A DNA stretch of 63,966 nucleotides, filler included, from Lenisia limosa (lineage: Eukaryota; Protista; Breviatea): the NCBI GenBank assembly GCA_001655205.1. It is 22 parts of 22 records of this genome, joined end to end, with 100 filler letters (N's around TTAATTAATTAA, not from the genome) between each part and the next. Parts side by side here need not be neighbours in the genome. Positions count along the whole stretch, not along the records: positions 32,443 to 43,034 come from LPNZ01010982.1; positions 43,135 to 45,886 come from LPNZ01011448.1; 20 more parts are not named here. One strand, given 5' to 3'. The notes beneath the pieces are model-generated. The model saw nothing but the letters and a program-made list of their open reading frames with translations, had not been told where the DNA came from and ran no database searches. The translations under genes were made by a program, and so were the position numbers. Below are positions 35,401-45,840 of the stretch, one piece after another. Every line of letters begins with the position of its first letter. Position 1 is the first letter of the stretch.

Positions 35401-38400
35401 TTTNNNNNNNNNNNNNNNNNNNNNNNNNNNNNNNNNNNNNNNNNNNNNNNNNNNNNNNNNNNNNNNNNNNNNNNNNNNNNNNNNNNNNNNNNNNNNNCAT
35501 TGATCTTATCCTTGATATGGTGTCTGTCGAGACTTTCACCTTCTCCTTCCAAAACCTCGAGGTTGGTGGTAGTCTGATCAATGGGGATGGTTGAGTTCCC
35601 ATTACTTCCATCATAATCTATACCACGATTATCACCAGCTTCATCAATTGTCATCAATCGTCATCATCAGCATCATAAGCATCATCAGCATTATCTTCAT
35701 AATCATCTTTCACATCATCACTATCAACATCATCCTCATTTCTATTCCTTCATATTTCAGACTCCAAGTTCTGTGTCCATTGGAGAGGTTATTGAAGAAA
35801 GCAGTCTCATTCGCTCGGTTGTAGTCAATGTGAGCGACTTGCTTGGAATTCTTTTCTATTCTTTTTACAAGCCGCATGGTTTTTATTTGATCTTCGGATA
35901 AGTAATATGGCGTTTAAATCGAACACCACCAGTCTAGTGATATCCCAGTTTATTAATGGATAACATACGCAGCAATGGAGTGTTCTTTGGTTGATACATT
36001 ATAATCCTCTCCCCTGGAGCTATTTTTTATTGCTTGTGCTTTTAAAATCATTTCCCCTTTCCCTTACAGGCCTCCGACATATACGGTAACATAATCCATC
36101 TCAACAAGCGATTGGTGTCTTTTGAGATCTCGAAGGTTGATGAGTCCTCGACGGCTGTGGCCACTGTGGCTCCTTGTGACAGCTCAGTTTTGGTGGGTTT
36201 ATGGGGGGGGTGAGCATTATCATGGCTCTCATCGCCATCTCAAAAAGCGTTTTTTTTATCTCCAAGATATTAGCGTTTTTAGAGTTATTATCTGCTCCTT
36301 TTTTTTTGTTTCTTCAACATCCCCTGTAACCACGCAGTGTGCCCAACAGCCCTACCCCACTTCCCTTGACGCCTCCACCGTCCTTATGTATCTCCCCTCT
36401 CCGGGGCTGTACAATGTTTCTGTCAGCCCATTAGACCCGGTAACACAATCAAAGCTGGATACTGTCACTTTCAATGTCTGAGGAGGGAGGGGGAGTTGTG
36501 GATTTTTTTGTCTCAGATTCTCTCTACTGTTCTGCTACATGCTTATCTGGTATATTTTGTAGCCCTCTGGAAAAAACAGTCAACTTTCAGAGAAAAATAA
36601 TTATCCTTTTTTAAACATTACGTTTAAAAAAACTGCTAAACGCAAACAGAATCGTGTGGGCGTATAACGGACAACTTGGGATTTTAGCGTTCACCCAGAG
36701 TGAGAACTGGTGACATAATTCAGAGTTGGAGCCTCCCACTACAAAAGAGTTTTCGAATTGGAAAAACACTTTTAGTCCAGTGTACTGGAATCTAACCATT
36801 GGAGTCATGCTCAGGTCACCGGTTCGGAAGAAGAAGTTCACTTGGGGGGTGAGGGCTGGGCTATTTTTGCACAGCCTATCGCTTAAGTTGACAGTGGCAG
36901 TTCGGATGAGTCGCAGCTTGTGATCATTCAGGATTGACATGTTTGTTGCGTAGATTGCGATAGTTTCTCCTACCCCAAGGTTGACGGTCTGGTGGTGGTC
37001 TTTCCGTCGCCGCCCCCGTAGAATATTTCCTCGTCGTCCTGTCGGGTGCGAACATCGCGTTTTTACCACATGTGGCATTAACTTAATAATGCAATTCATA
37101 ACGATACCCATCCCATCCAAAAGTACCATTCCGTCACTTGGAATGACGACCAACACAGTACCGTTACACAAGTCTGTACACAGAAGCCTTCGAAGCTTCT
37201 TCATGGACTGACTATGTTTCGAGTTCAGTTCTTTTCGATGTTTGAGAAATTCACACGAACGAGTGACCATTAGCACAATGTGCCCGCGGATTTTGAGAGG
37301 GTAAAACATGGATGTATTTTCTTCCTTTCCTTCTGTGACATCCACGAGTTGTTCTTGTACCAATACATCCATGAGGGAGGAAATGAGCTTATCAGGTAAT
37401 TTTGAGCGACGAGAAAGATCCACAATGAAGCCTGTTGTCCCATCAGCGTTGTCCCGTCCGGTCTCTCCTGAATTCCGCATGAGGGTTCCCATGGTCCCAT
37501 CAACCCGGAAATGTGGGTTCACACGTTGCTCGCCCGCACAGCGCTTGTCTTTGTCTTTGATTTTGACGGTTTCAATAACGGTCCGTGACGCGTCATAGGT
37601 TGCTTTGGTGAACCGCGACCTCGAAATCTGGCGGGGGACGTTTTCGTTCCGTCTAACAATTACATGGGCCGACGCGACTCGAATACAATCCTGAAGGTGA
37701 ATATTCAAGATGTTGGCTGAATAGAGGATAAGGGTTAGTCCTGTGATGATTGCCGGTGGGTGATCGAAGCCTTCCACAATTCCATCAAATTGTCCTCCAA
37801 CAAGTTGTTTCACGCCACGAATAAACCTTTTCAACACGGGGTCTTTCACGGTCTGCAGCTTCCCAATGTGTGGTAGGCCCATCATCTGGTTCAGTTGCCC
37901 GCACGTGTTGCCGATGCGTTTGCTTAGCATTTCTGCAAATGTCAACCAGCTGCCGGCCCGTTCGATCGGCATAATGGCTTCTCGCAGTTGGCTTTCGATA
38001 AACCCTGAGATCTCAAGACTTTTATGTCCATCGCGAAGTTCAGAGCAAATTGCGCCGCTGTCAAATGTAAGCATATAACCGTCTCACCATCAAAACAATA
38101 GATCAAAGGACCGGGGGCAGGTAGAGAGTCTTCTTCGCGCTTTAATGTATTGCAATTTCTAAGCACCGAGTCTACTATACTACTAAACTCCCCATCCATT
38201 TCACGCAGCAACGCGCTTAGCTCGATTATACATAACACCACTCCATCATTGATCAACGCATTCTGCCGCCCGGTCTTGTTCGACTCATTCCACAAGATCA
38301 GCAGCATGTCAAGAAGGGACACGAAGCGCAACCAGGGGGCCGAAGCGCTTAGTATTGCCAAGGCAACGCTCGTCAGTCGCTTTCTGAATGGTAAAAAAAA

Positions 38401-41400
38401 AAACCGATCAAAATGTTGAAGAACTCTGATTAATGCATCAACAAAAGAACACTCAAATTTCTGAAAGTCATAGCAAACAATCATTGGGCTCGAATAGGGA
38501 AGCAGTATGGATGATACCATAAGTACTCGAGAAGCGAGGATCAGCTTCAGAATGCATCCTCGTCCATGTTGATGGCAATGATCAGAAAGTAACAGGTGCC
38601 CGGTGAAAAAAAAAATACAAGCAAGAAGTGCCCTCAGTGAAAAAATAAAACTAATACTTGACGTTCTGTGAGTCTATAACCAGATGAATGTTCAATATCA
38701 GGCGGCAACATGTACCTTCATTTTGTTTACCTTGATTCTGCTCCGTTTCTTTACACCATTTTCTGTACATTCTTTCAGGTAACCCTTTAGTTCACTGTTG
38801 GCCTGCCGCCAACCCCCCAAGTCACGGGCATGGCTGTTGATATGAGTGTCGTGGAAGTGACCTTCGATTTAGACACAAACAGCGCTGGCCAACTCAGCAA
38901 CTGCTCCACCCTCATCGTGGTGGGTTTCGAGGCTCCTTTCTTAATTTCTTTTCAGAGCTTATCATACTATTTTCACACATATTATCATATCTCGTAAGCT
39001 TTGGTTATTTATTACTTTTGATGCATGAAGCACTTATAAATTGACACAAATTGTTGTCACAAATAGTATTTGTGGTCCCGATAGAAAGGTGGATTGCATT
39101 TTTTTTTTTTTTTGAACGTAGTACCCATGAAAGGCAATCTGCCTAACTGCTCAGGCGACATCCCTTGAGAAGTTCGGAAGTAACCCCAGTTGTTTATGGC
39201 CATCCCCAAAGACCCTCAGAATAGTGCTCGGTATGGGTGCTTATGCCTCGAAGTGGCTTTACGAAATATCGATATTTCCTTACCATAACGTTCAAAGCCT
39301 ATAGAGAGGAAAAAAAGGCAATTTTGATATTTGATTCAATTCCCCGTCTTTCACGTCCACTCCCAGGCTCAGACCCGTTATTGGATACGGACTCGGGTGA
39401 CACATTCACATTCGCTGATGAGACCATCCAAGACATTTCGGGATATAGTAACTTCACTGGTATGCAATGGCTTTCTTTAGATGAAATGGGGCGTTAACAA
39501 TGCTGGTTGTAATAAAATGATAAAATGGTACTTGGGGATTCCTATTAGCGTTTAACTCACATGAGTTTTTCATATTTCCCAATAATGTAAAACAACGGTG
39601 TATAATCAAGAATAATGAAAGAGAATAAAAAATTTAGAGTCCTGAGTATATAAGGGCACAATAAAAACCATAAAAAGATTCAAAATCCGATTTCCATGCA
39701 AAAAAAAAGACATATCAGTCACTATTTAACACGGCGAAAACAAATGACAAAACACACATATGATATGAGACCCCGCATCAGACAACGGCTTACATTACTT
39801 GATGATAGAGCACAATGACATATTTAGGTTTCTGATAATCCTCCTGCTCTTATTCAATACCACACTCTTACCGCATACAGACGTTGGGCCCTACGTCATC
39901 GATCCCATGACCTTCCCCGTGTCATATGATGCTGAATTCCTCAACGCTCCCTCGGTGGGGGGTAGTTTGTCAAATGCTATCAGGTATCATATAATTAGGG
40001 CTTACCTACTGTCCGAAGGAGACCGGTAAAGTATCGATATTTATCGAGGATTTATCGAGAAATTCAGTCTTTTTTAGGGACCGCAGGGAAGCCTTACATA
40101 TAATACTACTGCATATCGATAAAATAGATTATATTTTGGAATATTGTTACCCCCCCCCCAGATTATTACGTCATGTGACACGTATACCGCCTCAGTGACA
40201 CTGAATGGAATCGGTGCTTTCAGTCACCTTATCCAGTGGTCATGGTGGGCTGGCAAATAGCGCTTCCATTGAATGCTAAATGGCTTGGTAGTGCTGTATC
40301 TTTAGATATGGATCCTTTGAAGCAAAATCTTGTGTTTCTGTTTGTTGTTTCCCTTTACCCCCCCCCCCCAGGNNNNNNNNNNNNNNNNNNNNNNNNNNNN
40401 NNNNNNNNNNNNNNNNNNNNNNNNNNNNNNNNNNNNNNNNNNNGCTAAAACAGCGTCTTCGGTGACCATTGCCTCCTCACTGCTGACTGAGACGGAGTAC
40501 AATGTGGGCACTTTGGGGATTGTGTGGGGTACACAAGCTTGTAAAACGGTAAAACTATTTGTAATATCGAAATGTTCAGCACATGGTATCATTAGCCCCC
40601 TGTTTTGCTTTAACTTACCTTGGCAGATCACAGCTACCGCCATGGGACACGGCGCTATTGCAGGGGCACCAGGAACCGTGGTGACCGCGTCGTTCAGCAT
40701 TTTAGAGGCGGGAATCCCATCCCTGATCCACGACGACAGTGTCNNNNNNNNNNNNNNNNNNNNNNNNNNNNNNNNNNNNNNNNNNNNNNNNNNNNNNNNN
40801 NNNNNNNNNNNNNNNNNNNNNNNNNNNNNNNNNNNNNNNNNNNNNNNNNNNNNNNNNNNNNNNNNNNNNNNNNNNNNNNNNNNNNNNNNNNNNNNNGGCG
40901 GTGGGGGATCGAGGTCTCGAATATTTATTTTTTTTAAGCTCGGATTTAAGTCAGAATATTCACCGCTTTTCAAACATACGATTGAATATAATGACTTTAA
41001 TCTCTGTGGAAACAACTTTAGTCATATTTTTATACAAAAGGAAGTATGAGAAGAGCGTTTAACTACCAATTTCACAGTGTTCTCGAAAAGCAAGTAATAG
41101 TATCCTTCTTGGCTATTCTTTTAATATTTGTTACATGTTAACGTGTATCTTGCGGCTAAGGCGAGCTCCAAGAAGAACTCAGCATAGACTACTGTTGACA
41201 AACCAATCCGAGCCTAAAACGTTCGTAGCTTCGCTGAGTACTCTTCTAGCTTCTCTCATCCCTGATATAGCATTGATATATTATTTTGAGGATAGTCAAA
41301 ATCGGGACCGCGACCCCCAACCGCCTTGGTGTAGGTTCCCCCAATTCTCACGTCCCATTACGCCAATATTCCTCATCAAAAGTTCCTTCGTTTCACCCCC

Positions 41401-42935
41401 CCCCCAGGTTCGAGTATTTGACCCGTGCACCAACTCGACTTTCCGCTTCAACTGGNNNNNNNNNNNNNNNNNNNNNNNNNNNNNNNNNNNNNNNNNNNNN
41501 NNNNNNNNNNNNNNNNNNNNNNNNNNNNNNNNNNNNNNNNNNNNNNNNNNNNNNNNNNNNNNNNNNNNNNNNNNNNNNNNNNNNNNNNNNNNNNNNNNNC
41601 AAGTGAAATAAAGGATTCAATTGAGCTATTACCAAGAATGAAAGATATCATATGAATCTTTTTTGGACTGTTGGTAGATATATGTATATTATGTAAGTCC
41701 ATTTCTCACGTTACAGTCATCCCTGCTGGTTCTCTCAACGGCACCGTTACACGTACTTTCGAAATGGCAGTCTATAGAGCCCCGGAAATCTGGCTCACTT
41801 CCACCACCGTTGATGTCGTAACCACCCCCTTGACGCTCCAGGTACGAACACACCATGTTTTACATTTTGAAACCCATTCGACTTTATTATATTTAGGCCA
41901 AAATTCTTGGTGGTAACGGCCTTTCGCCCTCAAATCTCAACCTCAAATTGACTGTGGGAGGGAGGGGAAGATTATTTTTGCTAGAATTTTGATTTATTGA
42001 AAACACTTTCCTAATAGGGAATCTAATGCAGACTTACCCCATTAGGCAGTTGACAATGACCAGAAAAATGAAGCCAATGACCCGGCATCGTACCAATGGG
42101 AGTGTGTTAAATCAACACCATCAGGTATGCCATTATTGATTTACACTTGAAAAGTACCATGGAACATGGATTATCACAGAAACCTTCACTTCACCCCCAC
42201 AAACACGGAAAGAGAAAAGTGAACGAGTCAAAACTATTTGATAAGGCAAAAACACAGTATTTGCACTTCCTTAATTCCCTCAGACATGTGCGATGCTGCC
42301 TTTGGAACCGCGACATCTTTGACTGAAAAAGTGGGTTCGGTTCTATCTTGGGCAGGGCTGTCATGGTGTTGGCAAATGTGGACTTTTGAACGTGATTTTC
42401 TTCTCTCAATGCTAACACCATAGTACCTTCGTTATTAGTACGTTCATTACTAACATCACAGTACCTGGTTTTGCACGCTGAGAGTCTCAGTATCGGTTCT
42501 ATCACTGTCAAGGTGTGTTATAAATTTGCACACATATGGGGAGCGGGTGCGTAGTGGTGGTATTATATTTTGGTTTAAGAAAACGCACTCAAATAAATGA
42601 AGTGATGTGAAAACGCAACACAACCATCAGAATTCACCCAGTGGTGGAATGCGGGCTGCAGAAGCGACCAGCCTGGGCTTTGTTTGTTTTGCTGTTATCA
42701 ACTTCCGTGTTTTGTCAGCCAACAAAGTTTGTTTTTTNNNNNNNNNNNNNNNNNNNNNNNNNNNNNNNNNNNNNNNNNNNNNNNNNNNNNNNNNNNNNNN
42801 NNNNNNNNNNNNNNNNNNNNNNNNNNNNNNNNNNNNNNNNNNNNNNNNNNNNNNNNNNNNNNNNNNNNNNNNNNNNNNNNNNNNNNNNACAATTGAGACC
42901 ACAGTCAACTTCGTGGAGGACAATACGCCCCTTGT
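32490..42935 (+). CDS. Giant multi-exon surface/secreted protein: Gly-rich repeats + PSI + TSP3-like + filamin-Ig + REJ/PKD-like region; both ends truncated
   Basis: More than 25 exons, including GGQGGSHGGLGG, GGSGSGGSILIK, GGGGGGRIAL, CEAATDCDTCSQLPECGFCS (PSI), DPDLDGIANICDPCP (TSP3), DRMTGGDVF...DQNNGKYLI and ASDIYGN (filamin), VTFDLDTNSAGQLSNC, FGSNPSCLWPSPKTLRIVLG, IPAGSL, AVDNDQ...YQWEC (REJ-like). Confidence 0.75.
36611..38520 (-). CDS. Intron-poor hypothetical protein (~600 aa), antisense to and apparently nested in the giant gene
   Basis: 487-codon stop-free frame 38074-36611 with G-rich/T-poor first codon positions. It joins the upstream 192-aa ORF in frame if an 83-nt GT-AG intron (38087-38005, with CTGAAC branch) is removed. 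The true start is uncertain. Confidence 0.75.
39998..40094. mobile_element. MITE family A2 copy in an intron of the giant gene
   Basis: TA|GGGCTTACCTACTGTCCGAA...GGGACCGCAGGGAAGCCT|TA. Confidence 0.88.
42640..42737 (+). repeat. Family B intronic repeat in the giant gene (another copy starts at 43006)
   Basis: GGAATGCGGGCTGCAGAAGCGACCAGCCTGGGCTTTG...GTCAGCCAACAAAG, then an assembly gap. Confidence 0.85.
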
Positions 42936-43950
42936 ATGCAACTGAGCTGATGTTGTGACTGACCTTTCCGTGTTTCACCCACTTACCATCTCCCCCCCTC
43001 CGCTGGATTGATGGGTTGCGGTGCTGCAGAAGCGNNNNNNNNNNNNNNNNNNNNNNNNNNNNNNNNNNNNNNNNNNNNTTAATTAATTAANNNNNNNNNN
43101 NNNNNNNNNNNNNNNNNNNNNNNNNNNNNNNNNNTCTATCTAATATATGATATGATGTAATTGGATCTTCCCTACGGTCCGAAAAAGACTGTTAAATTAT
43201 CATATTTATCGAGGATTTATCGAGAGAGTCAGTGGGACTGTAGGGAAGCCCAAGATAGTTAAATGTAGTATGCATTGGCTGTTATGGTATGAGAATGTAG
43301 TAAACTTGGGGGAGAGTGGGGGGGGGGTGNNNNNNNNNNNNNNNNNNNNNNNNNNNNNNNNNNNNNNNNNNNNNNNNNNNNNNNNNNNNNNNNNNNNNNN
43401 NNNNNNNNNNNNNNNNNNNNNNNNNNNNNNNNNNNNNNNNNNNNNNNNNNNNNNNNNNNNNNNNNNNNNNNNNNGTCGGTGACCAACTCTGGAGACACCT
43501 GTCGCGATCTTGCGGCTAACGAGAGTCATTTGAAGCTCGTGACGCATCTAACTGACGTGAGGGGTACACGTATGAAGTAATATAACTGACGTCGTACACA
43601 TAAAGTAATATCACATACAAATGACGTGAAGTAGTAAATCTGAAGTAAGTTAACTGACTTGGGGGGTGGGGGTGCAGCCAATCCATTTTTGATAGTCCAG
43701 AAGCCCGACTTTAATTGTATTCATAATTTTTATAATAAACTCAACATTCCATTTTTGATCGTCTAACATGTCGCACTGATACAGTGTTATAATCTGTACC
43801 CCCCACCCCCTCGTTTTATATGATATACTACACACACACTGGATATAATATGGATAGCTATGTATACACAATTTAACCTTCCCGAGATCTCCCACTGCAC
43901 CATATTTTCTCAATACTTCACCCAACCCATTTTTTAATTGTACAGATTAC

Positions 43951-45199
43951 GAGTCGCCCTGATACAGTGCCTCTCCTCGGTCCCGTTATGGGCTATGGTA
44001 ACACCTACACCAAAAACCTGGCTTCCCTCAAGCAGTATCTCAAGCCGCTTCTTCCCCAGGTTTGCTAAGATTGGAATAATACTTATTCTATCCATTATTT
44101 CTTTAATGATTATCATATACTATTTGTCTTTCATATTCAACCTCCACCCCTCCATTTTTAACATTCTAGTCATCTTCATCTTATGTTTGGGTCTTATTGT
44201 ATATATTATTATTTTTTCTTTTACCCTCATTTTTAACTTTTTAGTTTGTCATCTTCCTCTTCCTTCTCCTCATCCCTGTGTGGGCAGCCTTCCGTGAGCA
44301 TTGGGGGTATATGCCAGAAATATATCATATACAGTGACCGCGATAAGTCCTGATACGATTGACAGTAGATAAAGCTCAACATCCACGTCAGGGCTTATCG
44401 CGGTCAGTGTACATAAAAATCAAGGGACACAACAATGTGTACTTTGGGATTGTTTTTTTGTTTTTGAATTAGTGTATTGATCCTTATTCCTTACAACCCA
44501 GCAATTATCCTTGGTATCATGGGAATGGCAAGCCAGCAATTGTCAATGTCAAAGACTTTTGCCCCCCAGGTTTGTGTATGTATTCGCTGTTAATCTGAAA
44601 TATGAAGGAGGGGAGGAGGGTCTTTTTTTTTGTTAAATTTTAGGGCTTTTTTTATCTTCATGGTGTTCTAATACAAGGGTTTTTTCATGGGTAGGGCTTC
44701 ACGTCGGTCGAAAAACTGTATAATATCGATAGTTTTGGAGGATTTATCGAGAAATTCAGTCTTTTTTCGAACCAAAGTGAAGCCCAAGTCATAGGGTCAG
44801 GGAAAAAAACGAATATATATATACGTATTATGTACTAACTATGTCATATTTCGTATACTATTTAGGAACCAGCGGTATAATATGTGAAGTATGACGTACT
44901 GTTATATATCTCTTATAAGCATGATGGTGTGGACGGCTTCGTCCATACTGTAATCCAATATCATCTCTTATAAGCGTGACGGTGTGGACTGCTTCGACCA
45001 GATACAACCTTGTTTTTTTTTTGTTTTCACATTGCTATATATATGATGTACTGTAATAAGTACGTGGTGTTCTGATAACGATAACGATTCTAGGGCTTTT
45101 TCATGGGAGGCTTCATTGTGACCTTTATGGTGTTCCTCAACGACGTCTTTATGCAGACTGTTTGGCACTCTCCCGTGTTCACCGTTCTTTTCGTTGTAA
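43951..45199 (+). CDS. Hypothetical membrane protein, internal fragment
   Basis: Exons PLLGPVMGYGNTYTKNLASLKQYLKPLLPQ, LIPVWAAFREHW, YNPAIILGIMGMASQQ and GFFMGGFIVTFMVFLNDVFMQTVWHSPVFTVLFVVMAPLL. Confidence 0.55.
44332..44409. mobile_element. MITE family D copy with a different internal sequence
   Basis: TA|CAGTGACCGCGATAAGTCCTGA...TCAGGGCTTATCGCGGTCAGTG|TA. Confidence 0.88.
44900..45010 (+). repeat. Family C dispersed ~55-bp tandem unit (two units here)
   Basis: Unit ATCTCTTATAAGC(A/G)TGA(T/C)GGTGTGGAC(G/T)GCTTCG. Related pieces at 703-740, 24700, 27285-27309, 48385(-), 56235-56310, 57884 and 58320(-). Confidence 0.8.
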
Positions 45200-45584
45200 T
45201 GGCGCCTCTACTGGTGAGGGGTTTTGACCAAGATTCTGGTTCTTCTTGCATAGAAAGATGTTTGAGCTCAGAAAGAGGGAAAAGAGGCCTTAGGATGAGG
45301 GGGGGTGACTTACTCCTCTTCCTTTTTCAGAGTTGATTTGGCCTTTTTTATTTCATACATTTTCCAATTTTATCCCCCCCCCCCCNNNNNNNNNNNNNNN
45401 NNNNNNNNNNNNNNNNNNNNNNNNNNNNNNNNNNNNNNNNNNNNNNNNNNNNNNNNNNNNNNNNNNNNNNNNNNNNNNNNNNNNNNNNNNNNNNNNNNNN
45501 NNNNNNNNNNNNNNNNNNNNNNNNNNNNNNNNNNNNCCTGGCTGCCCCGTCTGACCAGAGGGTGGGCTGTCTTCCTTCGTAATG

Positions 45585-45840
45585 ATGATTATGATGATGG
45601 GGATGATGATGCTGATGATAATGCTGATGATGATGTAAAGGATGATGATGATGGAGATGATAATGCTGATGATAATGCTGATGATGATAATGATGGGGAT
45701 GATAATGCTGATGATAATTCTGATGTAAAGGATGATGATAATGTTGATGATGATGTAAAGGATGATGATTATGGGGATGATAATGCTGATGATAATGCTG
45801 ATGATGATGTAATGGATGATGATTATGACTATGGTGATGT
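45585..45840 (+). repeat. GAT-rich satellite (GATGATAATGCTGAT-type)
   Basis: Long imperfect (GAT)n array. Similar arrays at 224-345 and 24240-24275, and as (CAT)n at 35608-35742. Confidence 0.85.

Noticed and set aside
37090-37170. Diadenylate cyclase (DisA_N) call for the nested ORF
   Set aside because: SDGMVLLD follows GTVLVVI by only 2 residues rather than roughly 40, and there is no GxRHRxA motif. It is kept only as a weak hint.
37750-37790. Plus-strand RWVIEAFHNSIK resembling the IS4/Tn5 RWxIExFHxxxK motif
   Set aside because: It lies in the in-phase antisense frame of the 487-aa minus ORF. That frame has ~19 stops and T-rich first positions, and no other transposase motifs or TIRs are present, so the match is treated as coincidence.
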